DNA of 64,000 bases from an uncultured Gemmatimonadales bacterium (GCA_963795085.1 CAWCFX010000001.1:608001-672000), one strand, 5' to 3'; shown: positions 25,966 through 37,111, counted from the stretch's first letter. The notes: generated by a model from the letters alone, not told the origin. Numbers and translations are program-made.

Positions 25966-27381
25966 CTACGGGAAAATCCCCAGCTGGTCGTAGCTGTTGG
26001 CCACCTTCTCGATCGCCACGATCATCGCCGCGGTGCGGAGGTTGGCCTTCCCCTTCTCCTTGAGCCAGCGCTCCCGGATCGGGTGGTAGGCCCCGATCAT
26101 CGTCTCCTCGAGCCCGGAGTTGACCAGGTCCTCTTCGCTGGCGCCGTGGGTGACGCTCTCCCGCTCTTCCGCGGTCAGCTGGCGGCCGGTCAGTTTCTCC
26201 ACCGCGGCCAGGAACCGGGTCGAGGCGCCCTGCTGGAAGCGTTTTTCCATGCGGCCCAGCCGCACGTGGCCCAGGTTCTTCACCCACTCGAAGTAGCTGA
26301 CCGTGACGCCGCCGGCGTTGATGTAGGCGTCCGGCACCACCATGACGCCGGCCTGGTCGAGGATCGCGTCGGCTTCGATGGTGGTGGGGCCGTTGGCCGC
26401 CTCGACCACGATCTTCGCCTTGACCCGGGGCGCGTTCTCGCCGGTGATCTGCCGCTCCAGCGCGGCCGGGATCAGGATGTCGCAATCCAGCTCCAGGGCC
26501 GCTTCCCGGGTGGCCAGTTTGGTCGAGCCGGGGAAGCCCATGACGCTCTTGTTCTCCGCCCGGAAGGCCATCAGCTTCTCGACATCCATGCCCTTCGGGT
26601 TGGCGATCGCCCCCTCCGACTCCGCCACCCCCACCAGGATCGCGCCGCCCTCCTCGAAGAACTTCGCCGCATGGTAGCCCACGTTGCCCAGCCCCTGCAC
26701 CACGATGCGCTTGCCCTCGAGGCCGGTGGAGAGCCCCAGCTTCTTCATGTCTTCGGCGATGCTGCAGGCCTCCCGGATGCCGTAGAACACCCCGCGGCCG
26801 GTGGCCTCGGTCCGCCCCCGGATGCCGCCGGCGCTGATCGGCTTGCCGGTGACGCAGCCGATGGCGTCCAGCTCGCCCGGCCTGAGCTGGGCGTAGGTGT
26901 CGGCGATCCAGGCCATCTCCCGCCCGCCGGAGCCCACGTCCGGCGCGGGCACGTCGAGCCCCGGCCCCATGAAGTTCTTCCGCACCAGCTCGAAGATGTA
27001 GCGCCGGGTGATCCGCTCCAGCTCGCCGACCGAGTAGTTCTTGGGCCGGAACTTGATGCCGCCCTTGGCGCCGCCGAAGGGCACGTCCACCAGCGCGCAC
27101 TTGTAGGTCATCAGCGCCGCCAGCGCCTGCACTTCCTCGCCGTCCACCGACTCGGCGAAGCGGATGCCGCCCTTGCAGGGCTGCTTGTGGTGGCTGTGCT
27201 GGGCCCGCCAGGCGTGCATCACCTCGATCCGCCCGTCATCCCGCTTGAGCGGAAAGGTGGTGTAGAGGAGGTTTTTACAGGACTTGATGTTGGCGAGGAG
27301 GGCAGGGTCGAGCGAGGTGAGCCGGGCGGCCCGGTCGAAGGCTTCGTCCACCTGGGCAAGGAAACTGGCGCCTAAGGACAT
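25966..27381 (-). CDS. gdhA: Glutamate dehydrogenase (Glu/Leu/Phe/Val family)
   Basis: KGGIRF, PFGGAKGG, DVPAPD, GRTEATGRG, QGLGNVG, EAANGP and NAGGVTVSYFEW. Confidence 0.93.
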   Translation of the reverse strand: MSLGASFLAQVDEAFDRAARLTSLDPALLANIKSCKNLLYTTFPLKRDDGRIEVMHAWRAQHSHHKQPCKGGIRFAESVDGEEVQALAALMTYKCALVDVPFGGAKGGIKFRPKNYSVGELERITRRYIFELVRKNFMGPGLDVPAPDVGSGGREMAWIADTYAQLRPGELDAIGCVTGKPISAGGIRGRTEATGRGVFYGIREACSIAEDMKKLGLSTGLEGKRIVVQGLGNVGYHAAKFFEEGGAILVGVAESEGAIANPKGMDVEKLMAFRAENKSVMGFPGSTKLATREAALELDCDILIPAALERQITGENAPRVKAKIVVEAANGPTTIEADAILDQAGVMVVPDAYINAGGVTVSYFEWVKNLGHVRLGRMEKRFQQGASTRFLAAVEKLTGRQLTAEERESVTHGASEEDLVNSGLEETMIGAYHPIRERWLKEKGKANLRTAAMIVAIEKVANSYDQLGIFP

Positions 27382-27444
27382 GGAGGCTCCTGGAATTGGC
27401 GGGGATGCTGGAAGGTAATGGCCCCGGAGGGATCGTGTCCACGC

Positions 27445-28330
27445 GACGAAACCGCAACCGCCCCACCGCGGAAAACAGCAACAGCTCCTCGCAGAGAGCG
27501 CGGGCCGCCGGAGGGCGCGGAAACAGCAACAGCCCCCCGCGGAGAGCGCGGAAGACCGCCGGAGGGCGCGGAAAACAGCCTTGCTGGTGCTTGGCAGTCA
27601 GATTGGAAGTAAACAAGTGACTCAATCTGGGCGGTTGCACGGCTGTTCCCCTGTTCTTCTTCCGCGTTTTCTCTGTTTCACTTCCGCGTCCTCCGCGAGG
27701 GGCAGTTAAAGAACTCAACTGCCACGCCGGCCCCCAGCCACTCACCCAAGAAGCAACTCCCCTCTCCACTTCGCCTCACCCCCGACCCCTCTCCACTTCG
27801 TGGAGAGGGGAGAACAGCCCCTGGGGGAGAGCGGGTCTTGTCGCAGAACTGTGTCTTTGCTTTTCGAGTCCTCCACGAGGAGCAGTTGCGGAACTCAACT
27901 GCCACGCCATCCCCCAGCCACTCACACAAGAAGCAACTCCCCTCTCCACTTCGCCTCACCCCCGACCCCTCTCCACTTCGTGGAGAGGGGAGAACAGCCC
28001 CTGGGGGAGAGCGGGTCTTGTCGCAGAACTGTGTCTTTGCTTTTCGAGTCCTCATGAGGAGCAGTTGCGAAACTCACCTGCCGGCACCCGCACCGAAGAC
28101 AACTCCCCTCTCCATGCAATGGAGAGGGGTCGGGGGTGAGGCGAAATGGAGAGGGGGTGGGGGTGAGGCGCGAGGAGCAGTTGCGAAACTCACCTGCCGG
28201 CACCCGCACCGGAGACAACTCCCCTCTCCATGCAATGGAGAGGGGTCGGGGGTGAGGCGAAATGGAGAGGGGTAGGGGGTGAGGCGTAATGGAGCGGGTA
28301 GGGAGTGAGCTGAGGGGTTGGGGGTGAGGC
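27445..28330. repeat. Intergenic repeat block: AACAGCAACAGC units, 180-bp tandem duplication, CCCCTCTCC/GGAGAGGGG REP-like palindromes
   Basis: 27711-27890 duplicated at 27891-28053; multiple CCCCTCTCCA-N4/5-TGGAGAGGGG hairpins. Confidence 0.85.
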
Positions 28331-28376
28331 AGGGACCGACTATCGTCCGAACAGCCACGGCTACCGGAGGATCGCG

Positions 28377-29396
28377 ATGCAGCTGGGAATGATCGGGTTG
28401 GGGCGCATGGGCGCCAACATGGTGCGCCGGCTGATGCGGGGCGGGCACCAGTGCGTGGCCCACGACCGGAGCGTCGAGGCGGTACAGGCCCTGGCCGGGG
28501 AAGGTGCCGCGCCGGCAAAGACCCTGGCGGCCCTGGTGGCGCAGCTCGCGCGGCCGCGCGCGGTCTGGCTGATGGTGCCGGCCGCCGCGGTGGACGCCAC
28601 CCTCGACGACCTGCTCCCCCTCCTTGAAGCCGGGGACATCGTGATCGACGGCGGCAACTCCTGGTACCGCGACGACATCACCCGCGCGGAACGGCTGTCC
28701 CCACTGGGCCTGCACTACGTGGACTGCGGCACCAGCGGCGGCGTGTTCGGCCTCGACCGCGGCTACTGCCTGATGATCGGCGGCGAGGCCGACATCGTCG
28801 GCCGACTGGAACCCATCTTCGCCACCCTGGCCCCCGGGGCCGGCGCCATTCCCCGGACGCCGGGTCGCGAGACGCCGGGCGGGACGGCGGAATCCGGTTA
28901 TCTCCACTGCGGGCCCGCCGGCGCCGGCCACTTCGTGAAGATGGTCCACAACGGCATCGAGTACGGCCTGATGGCGGCCTACGCCGAGGGGATCAACATT
29001 CTCCGGCACGCCAACGTGGGGAAGAGCACCAGCGAGCCGGACGCGGAACTCACCCCGCTCCGCGACCCGAAGGCCTTCCAGTATGATTTCAACCTCGCCG
29101 ACATCGCCGAGGTCTGGCGCCGGGGCAGCGTGATCACCTCCTGGCTGCTGGACCTCACGGCGGCCGCCCTGGCCCGGGACCCGTCGCTCGACAAGTTCAG
29201 CGGCCACGTGTCCGACTCGGGCGAAGGCCGCTGGACCCTGGAGGCCGCCATCGCGGAAGCGGTGCCGGCCAACGTGCTGGCCGCCGCCCTGTTCGGGCGG
29301 TTCAGCTCCCGCGGCCATGCCGATTTCCAGGACCGGCTGCTCTCCGCGATGCGGTACGAGTTCGGCGGCCACGTGGAGAAGGGGCCCGCCGCGTGA
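28377..29396 (+). CDS. gnd: 6-phosphogluconate dehydrogenase (decarboxylating, short form)
   Basis: [26 protein letters not shown] and MRYEFGGH. Confidence 0.95.
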   Translation: MQLGMIGLGRMGANMVRRLMRGGHQCVAHDRSVEAVQALAGEGAAPAKTLAALVAQLARPRAVWLMVPAAAVDATLDDLLPLLEAGDIVIDGGNSWYRDDITRAERLSPLGLHYVDCGTSGGVFGLDRGYCLMIGGEADIVGRLEPIFATLAPGAGAIPRTPGRETPGGTAESGYLHCGPAGAGHFVKMVHNGIEYGLMAAYAEGINILRHANVGKSTSEPDAELTPLRDPKAFQYDFNLADIAEVWRRGSVITSWLLDLTAAALARDPSLDKFSGHVSDSGEGRWTLEAAIAEAVPANVLAAALFGRFSSRGHADFQDRLLSAMRYEFGGHVEKGPAA

Positions 29397-30775
29397 ACTC
29401 CGGCCGATCCGACGCGCTGGTGTTCTTCGGCGCCACCGGCGATCTCGTGTTCAAGAAGATCTTCCCCGCCCTCTACACGATGGCCCGCCGGGGCCAGTTG
29501 GAGATGCCGGTGCTGGGCGTGGCCCGCTCCGAGTGGAGCCTGGAAGAGTTCCGGGCCCATGCCCGCCGCAGCGTGGCGGCGGCGGGACCGGTGGACGAGG
29601 CCGTCTTCGCCCGGCTGGCCGATGCGCTCCGCTACGTGCGAGGCGACTACAATGACCCCGCCACCTACGTCGCGCTGCGCGCGGCGCTGGGCGCCGCCGA
29701 ACGGCCCCTCTATTACCTGGCCATCCCCCCCGCCATGTTCGAGCGGGTGGCCCAGGGACTCGGCGTCTCCGGCTGTGCCCGCAACGCCCGCATCGTGGTG
29801 GAGAAACCCTTCGGCCGCGACCTGCCCAGTGCCCATACCCTCAACGCCACCCTGCACCGGGTCTTCGAGGAAGAGAGCATCTTCCGGATCGACCACTACC
29901 TGGGCAAGGAATCGGTGCAGAACCTCCTCATGTTCCGCTTCGCCAACACCCTGTTCGAGCCGGTGTGGAACAGCAACTACGTCGCCAGCGTGCAGGTGAC
30001 CATGGCGGAGCAGTTCGGCGTCGAGGGTCGCGGCAGCTTCTACGAGGAGGCCGGCGCGATTCGCGACGTGATCCAGAATCACCTGCTGCAGGTGGTGGGG
30101 TTCCTGGCCATGGAGCCGCCTGACCTCGACTACGCCGAAGGCATCCGGGACGAACAGGTGAAGGTGTTCCGCAAGATCCGGCCGCTGGCGCCCGACTGCA
30201 TGGTCCGGGGCCAGTTCCGGGGCTATCGCGAGGAGAAGGGCGTGGCGCCGGACTCGACGGTGGAGACCTTCGCGGCGGTGCGGCTCTACATTGATTCGTG
30301 GCGCTGGGAGGGGGTGCCCTTTCTCATCCGGGCCGGCAAGGAGCTCGCGGTGACCGCCACCGAGGTGATCGTATCCTTCAAGCGGCCGCCGGTGCTCCGG
30401 CTTCCCCAGGAGGAGACCAACTACGTGCGCTTCCGCCTCGGCCCCGAGGTAGAGATCGCCATCGGCGCCCGGATCAAGGTCCCCGGCGAGAAACTGGTCT
30501 CAGAGCCGACCGAACTCCAGGTGACCCATCGCTCCACCGCCGACGAGATGAGCCCCTACGAGCGCCTGCTGGGCGACGCGATCGATGGAGACGGGATGCT
30601 CTTCGCCCGGGAGGACGGAGTGGAAGCGGCCTGGGCCGTGGTCCAGGGCGTACTCGGCGATCCAGCGCCGCCCTGCGACTATGACCCGGGCAGCTGGGGG
30701 CCCGCGGAAGCGGCGCGGCTCGCCGCCGATATCGGCGGATGGCATGACCCCGCCCCGTCCGCTTCGGAGTCCTGA
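29393..30775 (+). CDS. zwf: Glucose-6-phosphate 1-dehydrogenase
   Basis: [20 protein letters not shown] and DVIQNHL. Confidence 0.95.
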   Translation: MNSGRSDALVFFGATGDLVFKKIFPALYTMARRGQLEMPVLGVARSEWSLEEFRAHARRSVAAAGPVDEAVFARLADALRYVRGDYNDPATYVALRAALGAAERPLYYLAIPPAMFERVAQGLGVSGCARNARIVVEKPFGRDLPSAHTLNATLHRVFEEESIFRIDHYLGKESVQNLLMFRFANTLFEPVWNSNYVASVQVTMAEQFGVEGRGSFYEEAGAIRDVIQNHLLQVVGFLAMEPPDLDYAEGIRDEQVKVFRKIRPLAPDCMVRGQFRGYREEKGVAPDSTVETFAAVRLYIDSWRWEGVPFLIRAGKELAVTATEVIVSFKRPPVLRLPQEETNYVRFRLGPEVEIAIGARIKVPGEKLVSEPTELQVTHRSTADEMSPYERLLGDAIDGDGMLFAREDGVEAAWAVVQGVLGDPAPPCDYDPGSWGPAEAARLAADIGGWHDPAPSASES

Positions 30776-30784
30776 GGCGAGCCC

Positions 30785-31499
30785 ATGGAGGCCGACGTCC
30801 GGACCTTTCCCACCGCTCACCTCGCCGCGCGCACGGCGGCCGAACGGTTCGTCGCCGCCGCGGAAGAGGCCATCGCCCGGCGCGGCCGCTTCCTGGTGGC
30901 GCTCTCCGGCGGCTCGACCCCGAAGCCGATGTATGCCGACCTCGCGGCGGATCCGCTGGCCTCCCGGGTGGAGTGGCCGTGCGTGCACGTCATGTGGGGA
31001 GATGAACGGTGCGTCCCGCCGGACGATCCGGCGAGCAACTACCGACTGGCGCGGGAGGTACTGCTGGACCGGGTGTGGATTCCGCCGGAGAACGTCCACC
31101 GCATCCGGGGGGAGCAGGATCCGGCGCGGGCGGCGGCGGCCTACGAGCGGGAACTCCGCCAATTGCTGGCCGGCGATCCGCTTGACCTGGTATTGCTGGG
31201 ACTCGGCCAGGATGGACACACCGCATCGCTGTTTCCGGGCTCGCCGGCCATCGGTGAGGAGAACCACTGGGTCATGGCGGTGCCGGCCTCCGGTACCGCA
31301 CATTGGGCGGGTGACGCTGACCCCGGCCGTCATCAACCGGGCGAGAGAGGTGAACTTCCTGGTGACCGGGAACGAGAAGGCGGAGGTCCTTCGGCAGGTG
31401 CTGAAGGGCGGCGCGCCGGAGGACCTGCCCGCGCGGGCGATCCGGCCAACGAATGGGCGGGTGACGTGGTTCGTCGATGCGGCGGCGGCTGAGGGGTGA
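30785..31499 (+). CDS. pgl: 6-phosphogluconolactonase, with a frameshift near 31290-31305
   Basis: LSGGSTP, GDERCVP and GQDGHTASLFP in one frame; RVTLTPAVIN...KAE...WFVDAAAA in another. Confidence 0.88.
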
Positions 31500-32085
31500 G
31501 GAGCCTTGCCTCACCCCCGGCCCCTCTTCGCTTGCGCCTCACCCCCGGCCCCTCTGCACTTCGCCTCACCCCCGGCCCCTCTCCACTTCGCCTCACCCCC
31601 GGCCCCTCTCCACTTCGTGGAGAGGGGAGACCAGCCCGCCGTGTCACTTCCGGTCCGCGAGGAGCAGTTGCGGAATTCAACCACCACGCCGGCCCCCGCC
31701 GCTCACCCCGGAAGCAACTCCCCTCTCCATGTAATGGAGAGGGGTGGGGGTGAGGTCACAAAGTGGAGAGGGGCGGTTCACTGCCTCAACCACCACGCCG
31801 GCCCCCGCCGCTCACCCCGGAAGCAACTCCCCTCTCCATGTAATGGAGAGGGGTGGGGGTGAGGTCACAAAGTGGAGAGGGGCGGTTCACTGCCTCAGCC
31901 ACCACGCCGGCCCCCGCCGCTCACCCCGGAAGCAACTCCCCTCTCCATGTAATGGAGAGGGGTGGGGGTGAGGTCACAAAGTGGAGAGGGGCGGTTCACT
32001 GCCTCAACCACCACGCCGGCCCCCGCCGCTCACCCCGGAAGCAACTCCCCTCTCCATGTAATGGAGAGGGGTTGGGGGTGAGGCG
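31488..32085. repeat. REP-like CCTCACCCCCGGCCCCTCTCC units and a 109-bp tandem repeat (~3.7 copies)
   Basis: Units at 31679, 31788, 31897 and 32006, each with a CCCCTCTCCAT-GTA-ATGGAGAGGGG hairpin. Confidence 0.88.
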
Positions 32086-32114
32086 GGCTGGGGATGAGAT
32101 CCGCGCGGCGAATC

Positions 32115-32459
32115 TCAGCCGGCGCCGCTTCCGCTCCGTTCCAGTTGGGACGTAAACCGCTCGGCCGCTCCCCGCAGCAGGGTCATCTCGTTGGCCTTGA
32201 GCACCAGTTGCGGATCCTTCAGGTCCTCGGCCACCGTGTCCAGGATCTCCACCGCGCGGCGCATGCGGAAGCGCTTGAGGGCGGCGGCGCCGTCGGTCAT
32301 GTTCTGGGCCGACTTGATGGCCCACAGCCGGAGCCGGACATCGTCAATCGCGCTTTTCAGGTCGTCGAGCCCCGGCGGGGTGAGTGTTCCGGATCCGATC
32401 TGGGATTCAATCGTCTGCAGGCTCAAGCGCATCGAATGGACCGGATTCTCGGGCGACAT
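32115..32459 (-). CDS. Hypothetical protein
   Basis: SD GGAG; host-like codon usage; DDLKSAIDDVRLRLW helix. Confidence 0.65.
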   Translation of the reverse strand: MSPENPVHSMRLSLQTIESQIGSGTLTPPGLDDLKSAIDDVRLRLWAIKSAQNMTDGAAALKRFRMRRAVEILDTVAEDLKDPQLVLKANEMTLLRGAAERFTSQLERSGSGAG

Positions 32460-32599
32460 GAGGGCATCTCCATGGTGAGTGAAAAGGGGCAGCTGCGTCC
32501 TGCGATATGAAAGTCACGGCGAGGAACCGATGAAACAATATACGCTCCTCCCCCCGGACTGGATTGCTTCAGTGCCCCAACAGCTCACCGCAGAGGACG

Positions 32600-32810
32600 T
32601 TGTCACGAAAGCACGAACGACAAAATACGAACAAGAAGCACGAACAACAAAATACGAAACACAAACACGAACAAGACAGGGCATTGTGGGAAAGATGGGG
32701 ACATCGTCGAGAATGGTAAACATCATCTTTGGGTCGTTTTGACCATTTCTCTCTTTGTTGTCCCCGCTGTTGTTGTTTCGGCTTCGTTTCCGAATTCGTG
32801 TTTTCGAGAT
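32600..32810. repeat. CACGAAAGCACGAA / TTCGTG-type inverted repeat
   Basis: A-rich then T-rich mirror arrangement like 1918-2100. Confidence 0.5.
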
Positions 32811-32832
32811 CCATCAGGGCTCGAATCCAGTC

Positions 32833-33588
32833 TTACTGCCAGTTCTGATAGAACACCAGCACCCCCACCACCACCAGGAACACGGCGAAGGCCCGGCGCA
32901 GTTGCGCCGCGGGCACGAACTTCACCAGCCAGGTCCCCAGCAGGATGCCGCCGATCGCGACGCCGGTGAACCCGGCCAGGAAGCCCCAGTCGATATCCAC
33001 CTGGTCCATGTATCCCGCGAAACCCGCGGTGGTGTTGAGCGCGATGACCAGGAGGGAGGTGCCGACGGCGTGCTTCATCGGCAGGCGGGCCAGCAGCACC
33101 AGCGCCGGCAGGATGAGAAACCCGCCCCCGATCCCGACGATGCCGGTCAGCATGCCCACGCCGAGTCCGGCGCCCGCCAGCAGGAGCGGGTGGGCGCGGG
33201 GCGGGGCGTCGGGTTTCCCCGGCTGGTCCACCTCGGCCCGGCGGCGCAGCATGGCCACGGCGGCCACCAGCATGACCAGGCCGAGGAGGAGCAGCTGGAA
33301 CCGGCCGCTCAGGAGGGTGGCCAGCCGGGCCCCGGCAAAGGCGCCGGCCATGGTGAGCAGGCCGAAGAGTATGCCGGGCTTCACCTGGACGTTGCCCGCC
33401 CGCCAGTGTCCCACCGCGCCCACCAGGCTGGTGACGCCGACTACCGGCAGACTCATGGCGATGGCCTGCTTGGCGCCGAAGCCCAGCACGTACACGAATA
33501 TGGGAACGGTGAGAATGGACCCGCCGCCGCCCAGCATGCCGAGGGAGAGTCCCACCAGGGCCGCGAGGGCGAAGCCGAGGATGACCAC
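32833..33588 (-). CDS. TauE/SafE (DUF81) sulfite exporter family
   Basis: GMLGGGGSILTVP, GIGGGFLILPAL and AVGTSL. Confidence 0.92.
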   Translation of the reverse strand: MVILGFALAALVGLSLGMLGGGGSILTVPIFVYVLGFGAKQAIAMSLPVVGVTSLVGAVGHWRAGNVQVKPGILFGLLTMAGAFAGARLATLLSGRFQLLLLGLVMLVAAVAMLRRRAEVDQPGKPDAPPRAHPLLLAGAGLGVGMLTGIVGIGGGFLILPALVLLARLPMKHAVGTSLLVIALNTTAGFAGYMDQVDIDWGFLAGFTGVAIGGILLGTWLVKFVPAAQLRRAFAVFLVVVGVLVFYQNWQ

Positions 33589-33589
33589 C

Positions 33590-34186
33590 TCAGCCCGGGT
33601 GAGCCGCGAGGGCGCGCACGATCTTGCCGATGTCGCACCCGGCGGTGCGGTTGTAGGGGAGCCTGGCGAGCAGCATGCCCATCATGCAGGTATCGCTGAC
33701 GCCGGCGAAGACCAGGCCGCTTCCCACCAGCGCGGGGAGCAGGGCGAAAAGCGGATGGACGGCCAGGGCGAGCACACCGCCGGCCCCCGCGAGGAAGCCC
33801 GCCACGATCCGGACCTGCCGTTCGAGCGATATCCGTTTGCGCCCGCGGGCCACCGGCCGGCCGGCCGCGAGCCAGGCGTTCACCCCGCCCTCGAGGACGT
33901 GGAGGTTGGTCATGCCGGTCGCCCGGAGCGCGGATTCGGCCTTCGCCGCCCGCTGCCCGGACTGGCAGACCAGCACCACGGGGACGCTCACGGTGCGACG
34001 GATCTCGTCGGCGTGCTCGTGCAGGGTATCCAGCGGGACGTTGTAGGCGCCCGTGATGTGCGCGTTTTCAAACTCGCCCGGCGTGCGCACATCGAGGAGG
34101 CGCACCGAGGGCTGGGAGGCCAGCAGGCCGGCCAGGGTATCGGCCGGCACGGCGGCCGGGTACAGAGGAGCGGTGGTCATTGTCAT
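33590..34186 (-). CDS. Rhodanese + DUF2892 membrane sulfurtransferase (YgaP-like)
   Basis: DVRTPGEF..HI.GA, VCQSGQRA, SLERQVR and DTCMMGMLLARLPYN. Confidence 0.9.
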   Translation of the reverse strand: MTMTTAPLYPAAVPADTLAGLLASQPSVRLLDVRTPGEFENAHITGAYNVPLDTLHEHADEIRRTVSVPVVLVCQSGQRAAKAESALRATGMTNLHVLEGGVNAWLAAGRPVARGRKRISLERQVRIVAGFLAGAGGVLALAVHPLFALLPALVGSGLVFAGVSDTCMMGMLLARLPYNRTAGCDIGKIVRALAAHPG

Positions 34187-34212
34187 AGGCCCTTGAATAT
34201 TGGTTGCGATGG

Positions 34213-34542
34213 TCAGCCCGCCTTCTCCAGCTTCCCGGGCGCCCCGGTCCGGTCCAGCTGTCCGCACATGATGTCGCAGAGCCGGAACACTTCCGGGCCG
34301 GCCAGGGAGTAATGGGAGAAGAGCCCGTCCTTGCGGCGGCGCAGGAAACCGTGGAAATGGAGTACCTGGAGGTGCTTGGAGACGTTGGCCTGGCGGAGGC
34401 CGGTGGCGTCCACCAGCTCCGAGACGGTCAGTTCCCGGGAGCGGAGCAGGTGGAGAATCTGGAGCCGGGTCGGGTCGGCCAGCGCCTTGAACCGCGAGGC
34501 GACTTCGGCCATGACCGCGGGGGTTGGATCCTGCCTGGGCAT
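34213..34542 (-). CDS. ArsR/SmtB family transcriptional regulator
   Basis: FKALADPTRLQIL and QANVSKHL; C-terminal CDIMC. Confidence 0.9.
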   Translation of the reverse strand: MPRQDPTPAVMAEVASRFKALADPTRLQILHLLRSRELTVSELVDATGLRQANVSKHLQVLHFHGFLRRRKDGLFSHYSLAGPEVFRLCDIMCGQLDRTGAPGKLEKAG

Positions 34543-34676
34543 GTCGGTCCTTGGGAAGAAACTATACTACCACACAGGAATATAGTTCGGGGCAACGTCC
34601 CGGGCAACCCGGGCTGGCCTGCAACCCTTTTTCGCCCGGCAGCGTCTTCGGGGATACCCATCCCCTCGAGGCCTTC

Positions 34677-35930
34677 ATGCGGCTGATTGCTTCTCTCGCC
34701 CTGTTCTCCTTCTTCTTCTCGGTCGCCTGCGGCCCGCGCGAGTCGCGTCCCAGTCCCGATGCGCTCACCGTGGAGCGGGACACGATCGCCGACACCGTGG
34801 TGGTCCGCACCGTGAGTGGCAGCAGCTGGGGCGCGCCGGCCCGGCTGGAGCCACGGATGTCCATCGGCGTGGCCGAGGGCGAAGATGCGCTGATGCTGGG
34901 AGACATCCGGAGCCTGGCGGTGGCGCCCGACGGCTCGGTGTACATGATGGATGGCCGCACCGCGCTCAAGCAGTTCGGGCCCGATGGCAATTTCATCAGG
35001 ATCTTCGGCCGGGTGGGGAGCGGACCCGGCGAATACCGGCGCCCCGACGGCGGGCTCGCGGTGCTCGCCGATGGCCGGGTGGTGCTCCGCGACCCGGGCA
35101 ACGCCCGGCTCACGGTGTATTCGCCGGCGGGCGAGTACCTGGCGACCTGGCGGATCAGCGGCTCGCTGAACACCGGCCGCAAGCTCTACACCGACCGGAC
35201 CGGCAGCGTGCTCACCCTGGTCATGCTCGACCGGCCGGACGAGGCGAGCGGGGACTGGACCGCCGGGCTGTCCCGGTACGATGCCTCGGGCACGCCGCGC
35301 GACAGCATCCGCGCGCCTGAGTGGCCCTACCGACGGTCCAGCATCATCGGCCAGGCCGAGGGCAACACCTCGGTCAGCGATGTCCCCTTTGCCCCCGAGC
35401 TGGTCTGGACCTGGAGTCCGCTCGGCTACATGGTCGGCGGCGTGGGGAGCGAGTATCGCATCTACCTGCTGCGGCCGGGGGCTCCGCTGATCATCGAGCG
35501 GACGGTGACGCCGGTCCCGGTGCAGTCCGCCGAGGCGGCGGATCACAAGCGGGCCGCCACGAACTCGTTCCGCCGGCAGTTTCCCGGCTGGGTCTGGAAC
35601 GGAGACGATATCCCTGCCACCAAGCCGGCATTCCGGTTCCTGGCGGTGGGCGACGATGGCCGGATCTGGGTCGGCCTGTCACAGCCGGGGGAGAAGGACC
35701 CGGCCGTCACCGACTCGACCCAGGCGGGCTGGACCGAGCCGGTGGTGTTCGACGTGTTCGAGCCCGATGGACGCTACCTGGGGATGGTGGCGGCGCCGGA
35801 TGGGTTCCTCACCTACCCGGCGCCGGTGTTCCGCGGCGATACCGTCTGGGCCGCGGTCGAGGATGCCGACGGCGTGCGTTACGTCCGCCGGTTCGAGGTT
35901 CAGACCGTTGCGGACGCGGGCAAGCCGTAG
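34677..35930 (+). CDS. 6-bladed beta-propeller (NHL-like) lipoprotein
   Basis: VAC lipobox; GRVGSGPGEY and DVFEPDGRYLG. Confidence 0.8.
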   Translation: MRLIASLALFSFFFSVACGPRESRPSPDALTVERDTIADTVVVRTVSGSSWGAPARLEPRMSIGVAEGEDALMLGDIRSLAVAPDGSVYMMDGRTALKQFGPDGNFIRIFGRVGSGPGEYRRPDGGLAVLADGRVVLRDPGNARLTVYSPAGEYLATWRISGSLNTGRKLYTDRTGSVLTLVMLDRPDEASGDWTAGLSRYDASGTPRDSIRAPEWPYRRSSIIGQAEGNTSVSDVPFAPELVWTWSPLGYMVGGVGSEYRIYLLRPGAPLIIERTVTPVPVQSAEAADHKRAATNSFRRQFPGWVWNGDDIPATKPAFRFLAVGDDGRIWVGLSQPGEKDPAVTDSTQAGWTEPVVFDVFEPDGRYLGMVAAPDGFLTYPAPVFRGDTVWAAVEDADGVRYVRRFEVQTVADAGKP

Positions 35931-36319
35931 ATCGCCCCCATCACGGCGCCGTACACCAGGTGGCCGATGAGGCTGCCCATCGCCATGACGGCGGCGCCGG
36001 CGAACATCGGCATGCCCATCATCGGCATCACGACGACCATCGCCATCAGCCAGGGCGCGATGCTGTAGATCGCCCCGCGCACCGCCGGCGGGCCGGGCAG
36101 CATTGGAGCCACGATGGCATAGATGACGGCGAGAATGGCGCCGATCATGAAGTGGCCCACCCAGCCCAGCATCATGTTGCCGCCCATCGCGCCGGCCAGC
36201 ATCTCCGCCGGGTTCATCCGCGGCATGCCCATCATCGGCGCCACGTACAGCCCCACCAGTGTCATCGCCGCCGTTCCCACCAGCCCGGCCACGATGGCCT
36301 TGCCCCAGTTCCGTGTCAT
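35900..36319 (-). CDS. Met-rich four-TM membrane protein
   Basis: 22 Met in 139 aa; GWVGHF and LIGHLVYG motifs; SD GAGG. Confidence 0.75.
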   Translation of the reverse strand: MTRNWGKAIVAGLVGTAAMTLVGLYVAPMMGMPRMNPAEMLAGAMGGNMMLGWVGHFMIGAILAVIYAIVAPMLPGPPAVRGAIYSIAPWLMAMVVVMPMMGMPMFAGAAVMAMGSLIGHLVYGAVMGAIYGLPASATV

Positions 36320-36328
36320 GCTGCCTCC

Positions 36329-37111
36329 TCAGAGAATGGAAAGTGCCACTGTCATGCCCATCTGCTGCATGCAGATGTGGGCAAGCTCCACCAGGCGCGC
36401 GTCCGGCAGGTTGCCGACCAGGGCGTGGAGCAGCCCCGGGTCCTCCCAGGTGACGACCGGGTACCCGGCCCAGCGGGCGGGGACCGGCGGTGTGAGCCGG
36501 CCCGGCGCGCTTCGCGCCCGGGGCAGGGGACTCACATAGTACGACACCGGCCGTCCATCAACGCGGTACAGGATCACCGCGGCCTCGCGCCCGTCCAGCA
36601 TGGCCACCCGGGCGCCCAGCAACTCGCCGCCCGGGAAGGCCGGAATGTGAACGGCGAACGCGAGCTGCTCCTCCAGCCAGCGGGCCGCCGTCGCGGTGTC
36701 GCCGGAGTTGATGCCGCCCGCCGTGGCCGCCCGCTGGTGATCGGTGACGACCAGCTCCGCCACGGCCTGCGGAGAAGTCGCCGCCGGACGGATGAACCAC
36801 CAGGCGCCCGCCGCCGCCAGCACCAGGAGTCCGGCGGCCAGCGCGCCGCGGGAGCGCCGGGTGCGGCGATGGGTACCCAGCCGGGCCTGGGCCACGGCCT
36901 GGAAGAGCCGGTCCCGCGCCGCGAGTGGTGCGGCTGGAGGCGGTGCATCGGTTCCCACCCGGGCCTGGATGTCGTGCATGTCCCGGAAGAACCGCCGGCA
37001 TTCCGCACACTCTTCCCGGTGCGCTTCGGCCGCCAGCCGGGCGTCGGTGACGACGTGGGGGCCGGCATCGCCCCAGAGGATCCTTCGCGCCTTGCCGCAG
37101 GACATGATCAT
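36329..37111 (-). CDS. Anti-sigma factor (zf-HC2-like N-terminus, TM, periplasmic domain)
   Basis: C..HREECAEC zinc motif and TM segment; overlaps the ECF sigma stop. Confidence 0.75.
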   Translation of the reverse strand: MIMSCGKARRILWGDAGPHVVTDARLAAEAHREECAECRRFFRDMHDIQARVGTDAPPPAAPLAARDRLFQAVAQARLGTHRRTRRSRGALAAGLLVLAAAGAWWFIRPAATSPQAVAELVVTDHQRAATAGGINSGDTATAARWLEEQLAFAVHIPAFPGGELLGARVAMLDGREAAVILYRVDGRPVSYYVSPLPRARSAPGRLTPPVPARWAGYPVVTWEDPGLLHALVGNLPDARLVELAHICMQQMGMTVALSIL

